64,000 bases of DNA, taken from NCBI GenBank assembly GCA_951406725.2, contig OX597824.1:23250001-23314000 (forward strand). The letters run 5' to 3'. The stretch is from Octopus vulgaris. Its lineage: Eukaryota. Both the position numbers and the translations under genes were made by a program. This document shows positions 12,626 to 25,599 of the stretch, piece after piece. The notes under the pieces are model-generated. The model searched no databases. It was not told the origin of the DNA and was given only the letters and a program-made list of their open reading frames with translations. Each line of letters starts with the position of its first letter. The stretch's first letter is position 1.

Positions 12626-13267
12626 ATGTAAAAGTATATATGTAAGACTTCTTACTATTTTCGTATCAGTGGATAATAGACAGGAGCTACAGACTATTGT
12701 TATTTCAAATCATTACGAAATCGGAAGCTTCCAGAATCATCTTTATTCCTGTCAAATTAAATAATTCCTCCATTTTATGCAAATTTTCACAATATTTGTT
12801 CAAAATGAGGAATAATCTTATGTAATTATCCCAAATTGATTGCATTTGCATATGCAAATAACCTATCAATTTTACATAGATTTCATGTAGGTGGTTCTAT
12901 TTTTCTTTTTAAGTTGCATTTAAAGTTGCATAATTAATTGACTTATGTAAATGATCAGGTATGAAATTAAACAGAATCGACTATATGTATATGTATACAT
13001 ATATAACGTAGATAGGAAATCCATATATATATCGATTTAAATATGGATTTTGATATATATTCATGTATTTATGTAAATTAGAATTCATAATGTGTATCCA
13101 GTACCAGAAGCGTTTCCATTGTATGATGACATCAGGTAACCAACAACTGAAGCCGAGCTTTGCACGGCATACTACAAGGTTCTTTTTACCTGAATATTAT
13201 ATAACATATATTCGTGCATATATACATATAAATGCGTGTGTGTGTGTGTGTGTAAATATACTAATGT

Positions 13268-13430
13268 GCAGGCGTGGCTGTGTTGTAAGGAGTTTGCTTT
13301 CCAACCACCTGGCTCCTGATTCACTCCCAGTGTATAGTACCTTGGAAAAGTGCCCTCTAATATAGCCCCGGGCTAACCAAAGCCTTGCGAGTGGATTTGG
13401 TTGACGGAAACTGAAAGAAACACGTCGTAA
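13268..13430 (+). mobile_element. SINE family A, degenerate 5' half
   Basis: gcaggcgtggctgtgttgtaag...accttggaaaagtg...ggatttggttgacggaaactgaaagaa. Confidence 0.7.
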
Positions 13431-13482
13431 GCGCACACACACACACAAATACGCATGCACGTGTATCCGTATATAAATATAT

Positions 13483-13712
13483 GTTTCTTTATTACTCAAA
13501 AGGGGCTAAACACAGAGAGGACAAACAAGGACAGACAAACGAATTAAGTCGATTACATCGACTCCAGTGCGTAACTGGTACTTAATTTGTCGACCCCGAA
13601 ATGATGAAAGGCAAAGTCGACCTCGGCGGAATTTGAACTCAGAACGTAACGGCAGACCAAATACGGCTACGCATTTCACCCGGCGTGCTAACGTTTCTGC
13701 CAGCTCGCCACC
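13483..13712 (-). mobile_element. SINE family B with ...tttagcccctt.tg.gta.taaagaaa tail
   Basis: Reverse complement matches 14457-14687. Confidence 0.88.
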
Positions 13713-13716
13713 TTTG

Positions 13717-13748
<32 letters not shown>

Positions 13749-14222
13749 CATACGACGAGCTTCCACGCAGTTTCTGTCTACCAAATTCACCCGCAAGGCA
13801 TTGGTCAGCTCGGGATTATGGGGGCTATAGGAAGAAAGCGCTTATCTAAACAGCTGCGAGTAACAGGATTGAACCCGAAGCACCATAGTCGCGAAGTGGG
13901 CTTGTTATACTATTGCAGAGTCGCACCTCGCATTTAGCCCCCCCCCCCCAAAAAAAAAAAACACACACACACACAACAACAATAATAATGCTTCGCTGTA
14001 CAAACAATATTATTAGATCCATTATCGACTATATTCAGCCTTTAATTGATCCACATAAATTATTCTTAACTCACATAACCCTTGTTCTTACCATTGAGTA
14101 ATTCAAAGAATGTGAAAGTCTTTGAAATGACTTATGAATCTGCGAATCTGCTTAAGCTTGGATAATCGAAAATAATGAAAGGAAATTAGAAAACCTCAAA
14201 GAGGATAAATCGATTGTTATGA

Positions 14223-14284
<62 letters not shown>

Positions 14285-14456
14285 ATGTATGTATATGTTT
14301 GTATGTATGTATGTATGTATGTATGTATGTATGTACGTACGTACGTGTGTGCATAAAGTGTGGACACTGAGGAGGTTATAAATGAATTATGTATGCTCAA
14401 AAGTACTGTAAGCGGAGTAAAAGCGCGTTTAGTTTTTTATTATATAATCCATACAA

Positions 14457-14985
14457 GGCGGCGAGATGGCAGAATCGTTAGCATGCCGGCCGAAATGCTT
14501 ACCGATATTTCGTCTGCCGTTACGTTCTGAGTTCAAATTCCGCCGAGGTCGACTTTGCCTTTCATCCTTTCCGGGTCGATAAATTAAGTACCAGTTACGC
14601 ACTGGGGTCGATATAATCGACTTAATCCGTTTGTCTGTCCTTGTTTGTCCCCTCTATGTTTAGCCCCCTGTGGGTAGTAAAGAAATAGGTATTTCGATTG
14701 CCGTTACGTTCTGCGTTCAAATTCCGCCGAGGTCGACTTTGCCTTTCATCCTTTCGGGGTCGATGAAATAAGTACCAGTTACGCTCTCGGGTCGATATAA
14801 TCGACTTAATTCGTTTGTCTATCCTTGTTTGTCCCCTCTGTGTTTAGGTCCTTGTGGGTAGTAAAGAAATAGGTATTTCGTCTGTCTTTATGTTCTGTGT
14901 TCAAATTTCGCCGCCGAGGTCGACTTTGCCTTTCATCCGTTCGGGGTCGATAAATTAAGCACCAGTTGCGTACTGGAGTCGATTA
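14457..14985 (+). mobile_element. SINE family B head-to-tail multimer (full monomer plus two ~184-bp head-less units, the last truncated)
   Basis: Junction aaagaaata|ggtatttcg at 14687/14688 and 14871/14872. Confidence 0.9.
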
Positions 14986-15081
14986 GAAAGGATTATATAA
15001 TCCATACATGTGTCATATCTTAGCTTTTAGCTATTTCAGCCATTGGACTGCAATCATGCGTTTATTTTAAATAATTTTATA

Positions 15082-15336
15082 CACTCTTTTCAAGCCTAGC
15101 CAGGCTCATGGGGCCGGTTTCCCGGTTTCTATGGAGTATGTGTTCCCCCCATCTGGACCAGACACCAGTCCATCACAAGCGTTACACAAGAAACAGGAAG
15201 AAAGAGTGAGAGAAAGTTGGGGCGAAAGAGTACAACAGGGGTCGCCACCCCCACCTGCCAGAGCCTCGTCGAGCTTTAGGTGTTTTCGCTCAATAAACAC
15301 ACACAACACCCGGTCTGGGAATCGAAACCGCGACCC
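15082..15336 (-). mobile_element. SINE family C, tail variant 2 (Meta-domain-like)
   Basis: Same body as 10650-11034, followed by gatggactggtgtctggtccag...gaaaccgggaaaccggcccc. Confidence 0.8.
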
Positions 15337-15807
15337 ACCTTAAAGCGTTTTAGGGGAACAAATCGACCCCAGAAATTATGCTTGTTTTAATTTTTCAAGT
15401 CTGCTACTTATTTTATCTGTGTCTCATGTCAAATCGCTATCCTATGGGACATAAACAAACTGACATTGGTCGTCAAGCTATGGTGGAAGACAAACGCAAA
15501 CATACAAACATAAATATACAAGCTTCCAGCGCAGTTTCCGTCTTCAAAATTCCCTCACAACGTTTTGGTCAGCCCGAGGCTATTGTAGAGAACACATTCC
15601 CAACGAACCATGGAGTGGAATTGAACCTGAAACTACCTAGTTGCAATACATAGTCATAGCACTTTAGTTCATACAATAACGACTTGTGCTATATACCAAG
15701 CAAAAGGTTATCCTGCAGCAGTCTCATTACTTAGGCTTCGGTGCACCCCAGTCAGTTGGTGCCCCCTTTTCCTACGTATAGATTTCTGTTGCATAATACA
15801 ATTTGTA

Positions 15808-16090
15808 CCTCAGTGGTTAGGTCAGCGGTACGTGGTCGTAGGATCGCGGTTTCGATTCCCAGACCGGGCGTTGAGTGTTTATTGAGCGAAACACCTAAAG
15901 TTCCACGAGGCTCCGGCAGGGGGTGGTGGCGATCCCTGCTGTACTCTTTCGCCACAACTTTCTCTCACTCTTTCTTCTGTTGGCCTCCTCGCTTAGCCAG
16001 CGGGGTGGCGTCATTTGAAGGCTAAACAATGCGAAGCGCATTGTGACTAGCGATGTATAGCAACATCTGATAGCCTGGTCGGTCACGGTG

Positions 16091-16092
<2 letters not shown>
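15808..16092 (+). mobile_element. SINE family C, tail variant 3
   Basis: cagtggttagg...ggtttcgattcccagaccgggcg...actttctctcactctttcttctgtt, then a distinct tail ending ggtcggtcacggtga before (TA)n. Confidence 0.8.
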
Positions 16093-16157
<65 letters not shown>

Positions 16158-16159
<2 letters not shown>

Positions 16160-16565
16160 GGCGCAGGAGTGGCTGTGTGGTAAGTAGCTTGTTTACCAAC
16201 CACATGGTTCCGGGTTCAGTCCCACTGCGTGGCACTTTGGGCAAGTGTCTTCTACTATAGCCTCGGGCCGACCAAAGCCTTGTGAGTGGATCTGGTAGAC
16301 GGAAACTGAAAGAAGCCCGTCGTATATATGTATATATATATACGTGTGTGTGTTTGTGTGAATGTGCTTGTCCCCCTAGCATTGCTTGACAACCGATGCT
16401 GGTGTGTTTATGTCCCCGTTACCTAGCGGTTCGGCAAAAGAGACCGATAGAATAAGTACTGGGCTTACAAAAGAATAAGTCCCGGGGTCGAGTTGCTCGA
16501 TTTAAGGCGGTGCTCCAGCATGGCCGCAGTCAAATGACTGAAACAAGTAAAAGAGTAAAAGAGTA
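16158..16565 (+). mobile_element. SINE family A, full length
   Basis: aggcgcaggagtggctgtgtggtaag ... ggcggtgctccagcatggccgcagtcaaatgactgaaacaagtaaaagag. Confidence 0.92.
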
Positions 16566-16755
16566 ATATATACATATATATATACACATATATATATATA
16601 TATATACACACACATATATATATATATACACACATATATATACACATATATATACACACATATATACACACATATATATACATATATATATACATACACA
16701 CATATATATATATATACACACACATATATATATATATATACACATATATACACAC

Positions 16756-16788
<33 letters not shown>

Positions 16789-16800
16789 TATATACACATA

Positions 16801-16851
<51 letters not shown>

Positions 16852-17304
16852 AAATAGCATACCCGATTTGACATGGTGTTGGTGTTTATTTTCTTGACCC
16901 ACTACTCTACGTCTTCCTCATAATCCCAGTATTTATTTGAACGAAGTCCAAAATTAGCAATAACATGAGCGAAATTTGAACTCAGAACGCCAGATATTAA
17001 TTCTACGCGAGTCTACACTTTATGACACACCAACGCATAAATGCATACTAGAACAGTTTCATAAATACTCTTACATACACGTTTGAAGTACTGTAATACA
17101 TAATTTATAACCTCCGTCTCTTTACCTTATGTTGCGGAACAGCGCGCCTCTGCCCTCGTCATTATCGTACGAAAACATTGAAGCTGTTGACCTAAAACCA
17201 AAAGTGCGCAGAATGTCTTACAGTACAGACACACACACATATCATATATATAATATTATATATATATTATATTTATATATATATTTTATCTTTTTTTTTT
17301 TTTA

Positions 17305-17686
17305 TCTTTTTACTTGTTTCAGTCATTTGACTGCGGCCATGCTGGAGCACCGCCTTTAGTCGAGCAAATCGACACCGGGACTTATTCTTTGTAAGCCCAG
17401 TACTTATTCTATCGGTGTCTTTTGCCGAGCCGCTAAGTGACGGGGACGTAAACACACCAGCATCGGTTGTCAAGCAATGCTAGGGGGACAAACACACACA
17501 CACACATATATATACATATATACGACAGGCTTCTTTCAGTTTCCGTCTACCAAATCCACTCACAAGGCATTGGTCGGCCCGGGGCTATAGCAGAAGACAC
17601 TTGCCCAAGGTGCCACGCAGTGGGACTGAACCCGGAGCCATGTGGTTGGTTAGCAAGCTACTTACCACACAGCCACTCCTGCGCCT
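17305..17686 (-). mobile_element. SINE family A, full length
   Basis: Reverse complement of the 16158-16565 pattern. Confidence 0.92.
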
Positions 17687-17705
17687 ATAATATATATATT
17701 ATATT

Positions 17706-17737
<32 letters not shown>

Positions 17738-17909
17738 GTCTATTTACGTAGAGAGGGATAGGCAGATAAGTGGGAGATGTAAGGTTTACGTGAGGAGGAG
17801 GGCTTTTTGCAACGTACGTACGCGTGTATATACACACACAAAATGCCCTGTAAAGTGTTCTGAAAAAAATTGTCTTGCCATAAATTTTAGTCATATAGAT
17901 ATTCCTCTA

Positions 17910-19120
17910 ACTCGTTTCTGTCAAGTGACTGTGGTCATGCTGGAGCACCGCCTTTAGTCGAGCAAATCGACCCCAGGACTTATTCTTTGTACGCCTTGTA
18001 CTTATTCTATCAGTCTACGTTACGGGGACGTAAACACACCAGCATCGGTTGTCAAGTGATGTTGGGGGAGACAAACAGACACAAACATACTTATATGTAA
18101 ATATACATATATACGACGGGCTTCTTTCAGTTTCCGTCTACCAAATCCACTCACAAGGCTTTAGTCGCCCCGAGGCTATAGTAGAAGACTCTTGCCCAAG
18201 GTGCCCCGCAGTGGGACTGAACCCGGAATCATGTGGTTCGTACGCAAGCTACTTACTATACAGTCACTCAGGATAAGCAATAGGCGCAAAATTAAGAAAA
18301 CACGGGCACGACAATAACAAATATCATATACAGACACACGTGTATAGGTATATTGGCACACAGTTATATGCGTGGGCTAAACCTGCTTCCTAACCATAGG
18401 GCTTTGGGTTCAGTCCAATTAAGTAGCACCTTGGGCAAGTACCTTCTACTATAGTCTCTGGCCGACCAACGCCTCGTGTGGATTTGGTGGAGGGAAACGT
18501 AAAGAAGCCTGTCGTGTGTGTCACTACCGCTTGACAACCGGTGGTGAGTGTACATAGCCTAGCGGTTAGGCAAAAAGAGTTCGATAGAATAAGTACCAGG
18601 TTTAAAAAAGGGAAATTAGTCCTGGGATAAAGTCATTCGACTGAAACTCTTCAAGCCGGTGCCCCAGCATGGCCACAGTCTAATACAGCTGACAAGGTTA
18701 TTTATACACTGAAAGTTAAAAAAAAAAAAATGCTTAATGGCTAAAGCTTAGTGGCGTTTCGAAACTACGTCCTCAGTTAGGCGTAGGAATGGCTGTGTGG
18801 TTAAGTAGCTTGCTTACCAACCACATGGTTCCGGGTTCATTCCCACTGCGTGGCACTTTGGGCAAGTGTCTATAGCTTCAGGCTGACCAAAGCATTGGGA
18901 GTAGATTTGGTAGACGGAACCTGAAAGAAGCCCGTAGTATGTGTGTGTCCCAACATCACTTGAGAACCGATGCGTCCCCGTAACTTTGCGGTTCGGCAAA
19001 AAGAGACCAATAGAATAAGTACTAGGCTTACAAAGAACAAGTCTTGGGGTCGATTTGCTCGACTAAAGGCGGTGCTCCAGTATGGCCACAGTCAAATGAC
19101 AAGTAAAAGGAGAGTAAAGA
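17910..19120. mobile_element. Cluster of three family-A SINEs (17910-18270 minus, 18365-18690 plus, 18779-19120 plus)
   Basis: Heads and tails recognisable; the same cluster recurs at 49875-51148. Confidence 0.8.
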
Positions 19121-19566
19121 GTTTAAATTCTGCCAAGGTCAACTTCGCTTTTCATCTTCTGGCGGTCGGTAAAGTAAGTAGCACTTGAGCATTTCTGTCG
19201 ATGTAATCGCCAAGCCTCCTAAAAGAATTTCAGACCTGGTGCCCATAGTAATAAAATTAAAGGAGGCACGCTAGCAGAATTGTTACCGCACCGGAAAAAT
19301 GCCTAACGGAATGTCGTTAGTTTTTACGCTCTAAGCTTAAAACACTGCTCATCCGTTCAGGGTTGATAAAATATGTACAAGCAGAGCTACCGCGGTCGAT
19401 ATAATCGACTAACCACTCTCCCCAGATTTGCTGAGCCTTACAGCAAAAAATAGTTACCGTTGACTAACAAAATGTGTCCCAGTATCTGGATACTTGATTG
19501 ATTCCAAATACGAAGAGAAAATCTATTCAAGAATTAGAGAAATATGTCAATTGATTGTGATAAGCT

Positions 19567-19572
19567 TTTATT
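19567..19572 (-). terminator. Putative poly(A) signal AATAAA of tubulin copy 1
   Basis: tttatt ~190 nt past the stop; equivalents at 39985-39990 and 51595-51600. Confidence 0.45.
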
Positions 19573-19764
19573 ATTTCAAAGAAATTCGAAAAAAAAATGT
19601 TATTTCGAAAAGTAATTCTTTATGTTTAGTATGCAACACAAACAGGAAAACAACGCAATTTTGATATTTCAAAAACTAATTCGTAAGCTTAAATTAATAT
19701 TGGAAGACTACACACGTGTGTGTATGTATATATCAGACCCACCATTTCTAATAAAATTTAAGAT

Positions 19765-22700
19765 TTAGTATTCTTCAATCTCATCTCCCGTTTCAGCTGT
19801 GTCAATACCGACTTCTTCATAATCTTTCTCCAACGCAGCCAAATCTTCGCGCGCTTCTGTGAACTCTCCTTCCTCCATACCTTCACCAACATACCAATGA
19901 ACAAAAGCTCGCTTGGCATACATTAAGTCAAATTTATAATTTAGACGGGCCCAAGCTTCAGCAATAGCTGTCGTATTGTTCACCATACACACGGCCCGTT
20001 GAACCTCAGCCATGTCTCCCCCAGGGATAACAGTTGGGCGTTGGGAATTGATACCAACTTTAAACCCTGTTGGGCACCAATCCACAAACTGAATTTCTTT
20101 TTCTTTTTAATTGCTGCAATAGCAGCGTTAACATCTTTCGAGACCACATCGCCTCGGTACAACAGACAACAAGCCATGTACTTCCCACGGCGAGGGTCAC
20201 ATTTAACCATCTGATTACCGGTTTCAAAGCACGCGTTTGTTATTTCAGAAACAAGCAACTGCTCGTGGTACGCTTTCTCAACCGATATTATTGGTGCATA
20301 CGAAATCAATGGGAAATGAATACGTGGATAAGGTACAAGGTTGGTTTGAAACTCGGTTAAATCGACATTAAGGGACCCATCAAACCTTAGAGAAGCAGTA
20401 ATAGAGCTCACTACCTGAGCAATCGGACGATTAAGGTTGATGTATCTTGGATACCCAACATCTAAATGCTTTTTACAGATATCATAAATTGCTTCATTGT
20501 CGACCATGAAAGCGCAGTCACAATGCTCTAGAGTGGTATGAGTGGTTAAGACGGAATTGTACGGTTCTACTACAGCTGTAGAAATTCGTGGTGCCGGATA
20601 GACTGAAAATTGAAGCTTTGTCTTTTTACCAAAGTCAACACTCAGGCGCTCCATTAGCAGAGACGTAAAACCAGAACCGGTGCCGCCACCGAAACTATGA
20701 AAAATCAAGAAGCCCTGGAGGCCAGAGCATTGTTCAGTTACTTTATGAATTTGGTCACAGACCGAATCAATGATTTCCTTGCCAACGGTATAGTGACCCC
20801 TGGCGTAATTGTTGGCTGCATCCTCTTTACCACTGATGAGTTGGTTCGGGTGAAATAACTGGCTGTATTTTCCAACGCGTATTTCATCTGGAAAATAAGA
20901 TTTTGAGCAATAATATATCAAACTGGCAATATAAAAATTAAAAGATTTTTCTTATATTAGAGGAGTATGAAATGTAGAGATTCTCAGACAGTTACTTGCT
21001 TTATCAGTTCAACAAAGTACTTCCATGTACGACATTCCTCAGAATATACTGCTAACAATACTTACATTCAAATACCGGATACATAAACACTTACTATTCC
21101 ACTCACATTTAACCGATTTTATAGTCGACACATTTTACTGCCGTGATCAGTTCTGTTGTACAACAGAATTTTGAAATATTGTCCAATATTCAAGAAAACG
21201 GCGTTCGGAAATATAGCAGTAAAAAAGGAACCACTGCTTCATCACAAATCTTCGAGTTTTTTTTCCAACACAGAAAAACATAGAAGATTGATTAACCAGA
21301 ACATTAAATGCGCGACAGGGCAATTCCTTGTTTAATTTATTTTTGTAAATACAATTTTGAAACGTTTATACTTACCGATAACTGAGGGCTCCAAATCGAC
21401 GAATATGGCTCTGGGGACACGTTTCCCAGAGCCTATCTCATGAAAGAACGTACTAGACGAATCATTAACACCGGAAGATTCAAATGATACTTGACCATTT
21501 TGTTGGATTCCATGTTCAAGGCAATAGAGTTCCCAACAAGCGTTACCTATTTGGACGCCTGCTTGTCCTATGTGAACGCTGATACATTCTCTCTGAAAAA
21601 AAAGTTGTATAATAGAATTATTTTACAAGCTAGAGAAATCGGACAAAAGTGGGAGTTGAGCCCAAAAGGGAGCATCGCCGTGGTGTACTGCCTGTTAGAA
21701 ATAGCTGTCAAATTCCTTCCGATCATACCCTATTGATTAACAAAATGTTTATATCACGCGAACTCTAAATTTGGAAAATATAGAAATGGTAACTGAAGCG
21801 CATTTTTAACACAAATTTTCGCCAACAAGGTTTCGTGAGGTTTCAAGAGCCATGCAGAGCTACATAAGAACCTTTAAAATGGTCTTTTTGGAGAAATTAA
21901 AATAACTGATATGAGTTGTCAGAACTTAACCATTATACCACAGGAGATAATAGCACAATATTTATAAATTCAAATCTAATTAAGCACACAAATATTTTAA
22001 AACAACCTTCATGTTTAATGTAAGTATTCCGTTCTACTTCATTTCAACACCACTTTACATTGAGACAGTTTCTTCCAGTATAGCTGTGGGTCAATCTAGT
22101 AAACGGAAATGGATTTAGCGGTGGCCATGTGGACGCCCGTCAAATAAACTGTAAGGGAAAGTGCACAATGACAATATTTTTTTTAAATGTGCGCTCCCTT
22201 ACGAAAACTATATCCATTAAGCAAATGACCTTCCCTAAATTCTTTAAAAAATAATCTAACATTTTAGACAATTATTGCAGTTCTGAGTATATAAAACAAA
22301 TTTGGCTGGAGCCAAATGAGTAAGCCAAAATAAGATAAATCTGCCTCTTCAGTTCTCCAGAATCACATTTGAAAACAGACTCGTACATCAATATTCATCG
22401 TTAGACACCAGAAAGACCAAAAACTAAAAGAAATTAAATACCTCGGTCAAATGAAAGGCGATCAAAGGAAAACAATACATATGAAAATAACGAAACTCGA
22501 CTAAAGATAAAATATTCTCTACAGTTTCTTTACGATCTGCTGGGGTATCTATTCCTGAGAGATTTACACACGAGGTAGTTAAAGTGGGATTGAAATTAAT
22601 CACTCCTTTTACACTATTTTAGGCATTTTTTCAAACTTGAAAATTATCAAATTAGCGTGTGAAAAAAATTTACTTGTAATCCAGCAGAGAAAAGAATATA

Positions 22701-24775
22701 TATTGTTAAAAATTAGCTAGTTATTTTATTAACTTCAATCACAATTAGGTTAACGTAGAGGAAAACATTCTTGAACACAAACTATCTCCGGATTAGGTTT
22801 CAGACTTAACTACACTGGCCAATTTTTACGCCTAAATACATATTTCTTTAACCACAAGGGGCTAAACACAGAGGACACACAAGGACAGACAAATGGATCA
22901 AGTCGATTATATCGAATCCAGTGAATAACTGGTACTTAATTTATCGACCCCGAAAGGATGAAAGGCAAAGTCGACCCCGACGGAATGTGAACTCAGAATG
23001 TAACGGCAGACGAAATACGGCTACGCATTTCGCCAGGCGTGCTAACGTTTCTGCCAGCTCGCCACTTCATTTACGCCTAAATATAATGTTGTAATACATA
23101 ATGATGCAGTACTTACAATGGAATGATTTCAAACAGATGAGAAAATAACGAGAAATCAAAAATTACTCACTTTATCCCCTTAATTAGAGAGCCTAAGTTG
23201 GTCACAAAAGACACCGAAATAACCACTTACAAGTTACATATTTCGATAGCGTGATAACCGAAGTTCCGTTAACACGTTGGCTCCCAGACGTCCTGCCGGT
23301 GCTGTTAGCGACCTACCGGCCGGTGGGTTTTTTTTCTCTTTGTCATGGGCTTTCTTAAAGCTGGTATGTTCCGATTTCTTTGATTTGTACTTTTGCTTAG
23401 AGAATTTAATAGACTTTATATTTTCGTTTTTCTTCTGATTTCACCATGAAGAAAAAGATTCAATGACAAAATTGTCTCAAACAAAAATAGTTAATTCTTT
23501 TGAAAAAAAAATTATCAATAGAAATAAAAAAATATTTTACTTGCCATGGAAATCAAAATAGTTTTTTCTGAAAAAAGAATTTCGAGATCTTCCAATAGAA
23601 GAGCTAAAATTTTTAATTGACACGGTGTGGTATCTAAGATGCGATATGAACTAGGGTACCAAACGACTCTCCGGTGGGACATGGGTATCTAACACTGCAA
23701 TCCTTGCCTCAGTATAGTGTAAAAATATTACGCCGCTCATGTCAAAATTAGGATATCAAATTGGGACCCTGGGATAAAACGTAAAAATGAGTCTAGAGAC
23801 CCGACGTGTTAACAGTAAAAGCTGTACGGCAGACACGGAAAACATACCCAGAAAATATTGCAGTTTCTCAATAGAGACTATATTAAATAAATGAAAATAT
23901 TAGTAAATTATGACAATTTAAATTCAAAATTGTATTTAATATTTTTTTATATAGTTCTAAATACAATTTTGTGAAGACTAGAAAATGGTTAATGTAGACC
24001 GAATTAAAATTAAATGCAGTTTTGTAATACAAAAATTCTTAATGGGTTAATTATAAGCAAGGGATGCGAATAGAGGGGTAATTTTTCTAATGAAGAGCGA
24101 TTGTATAAGTCTATATTCCTTCGTTGTAAATTTTGAAGAGTTTTTCTCTAAGTTCTCACGGTTGCCGTTATGTAGCTCTAGATCAAATCACTGATTTAAA
24201 AAAATTCTTAACGACATACTAACTAAAAATCAAAGAGGTTTTTTTTTATGTAAATGCTTTTAGAGTTTTCTATACGTTCGTTCTTCATGTAATGTCGTAT
24301 GTTGTTACATGGCAACTTTTGGCTGTCACATATTGCTTTGAAATCTAGATGAAAATTCTATTTTAAAAATTCAATATTTGTTGCTATTATGCAAAAGGGT
24401 CGAAAGTCCCAACCGCTGCTTTTTCAAAAGGAAAAAAGAAGTTTCATCATTCCACAGGAAAACCGTTGTACTACACTTTGACAATTTTCGATATCTTGCC
24501 GTCTGAAGCAACTAGAGATCCTGATATTTCGACCAAAAGAACCGGCTATTGCAAATAAAAATAAATACTGAATAAAACGTATTTGGCTAAATTTAGACGT
24601 ACGACAGTTTAACATAATAGCAACTAAATAAACATTTCGAAAGCAAGAAAAGAATTTCACTAATAAATATGCACAAAATATTTTGTAAATGTGAATAAAG
24701 GTTATTATATTCAAAACTGGATTTCCTATAACTTTGTAGAGACAGACTGGAAATAAACCGTTGCAAATTTACCAT
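19765..24775 (-). CDS. TUBA: Alpha-tubulin copy 1 (divergent); -1 frameshift in a T-run at 20098-20102, either a pseudogene or a homopolymer assembly error
   Basis: Exons 24773-24775 (ATG|GTAAAT), 21376-21592 (cag|[29 protein letters not shown]...VDLEPSVI|GTAAG) and 19765-20887 (cag|DEIRVGKY...GGGTGSG...EEY*). Exon 3 is 1123 nt versus 1124 in intact copy 2. The exon-1 assignment is inferred from the conserved alpha-tubulin ATG|intron structure and its presence in all three copies. Confidence 0.85.
22845..23065 (-). mobile_element. SINE family B in tubulin copy 1 intron 1
   Basis: Matches 13483-13712. Flanking tttacgcctaaata at ~22826 and ~23070 looks like a TSD. Confidence 0.85.
23273..23808. 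mobile_element. Non-autonomous piggyBac-type MITE (TTAA target, imperfect ~18-bp TIRs)
   Basis: TTAA(23269-72)-CACGTTGGCTCCCAGAC ... GTCTAGAGACCCGACGTG-TTAA(23809-12); no coding capacity. Confidence 0.75.
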
Positions 24776-24888
24776 TGTTGTCGCGCTGTTTCTGTACCGT
24801 TCAAAGTGGAGTCAATAAACAAGACGGTGGTTTTGCTCTTGGCCTTGCTACACATAGTAATATTTCTTACTCTCCTCCTACTCTCACT

Positions 24889-24913
24889 CTTATACTACTC
24901 CGTGTTAGCCAAT
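24889..24913 (-). promoter_or_regulatory. Candidate TATA-like (TATAAG) and CCAAT elements of tubulin copy 1
   Basis: cttata at 24889-94 and ccaat at 24909-13, ~115-135 nt upstream of the ATG. Conserved at 44073-44097 and ~55730-55754, but so is the whole duplicated flank. Confidence 0.35.
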
Positions 24914-25599
24914 TGTGATCGTACGTTCGAAGACAGTCTCAAATTGAAGGGTGTGATTTTGAGGGGGGGTAATACATTAATTTTGATTTAATTTTCTTCT
25001 TTTCAATTTAACACCCCTATAATTACAAAAGGCTAAACTTAACGGAATGGTTCACATATTGAAATAATTTCACCAACTAATAAACCGAAAGAACAGAGAG
25101 GTGGGAGTTGAAGTTCTTGCGTACGGAGCACCAAAAATTTAAATCTGAAAAGGAACAACGAAGATACTATTTGAACGCGATAATTTTTCAAATGAAATTG
25201 GATTATTTTGCTTTTATTCTTCAGTGGTGAAAGGTATGTTTAGAAGATTAATTAAATTCACAAACTGAGAATGATGTTTTAGTTTCAATCTCCATCTGAA
25301 GTCACATCTGTTTATTTAATGCCCTGAAGTAACTTCAGTCTAATGAGTCCGCTGTAGTCATAGAAAAAAAAATGAATATTCAAGCCTCCTATTTTTCTTC
25401 CTTCTACAAAATTAAATTGGGACTGTTATATATAATTTCTATATTTTATTAGTTATGATTTTTTAAAAATTGATCACCAAATACAGAAGCAAGCATAATC
25501 ATACAACTCCGGACACATAATGTCTTTTAATATTTTCCTACATCCCTTCACATCTAGTCCGAAATCCCAGGAGAGTTGCTACAACTTTTGTCCGTCTAA

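Noticed and set aside
20888-20921. ORF-track N-terminus [11 protein letters not shown] of the tubulins (also 41251-41284 and 52916-52949)
   Set aside because: Intronic read-through upstream of the ttttccag acceptor; the true N-terminus comes from the upstream exons.
24424-24991. ORFs conserved in all three units around tubulin exon 1
   Set aside because: Conservation reflects recent segmental duplication; lengths and frames differ between copies and only the ATG is likely coding.
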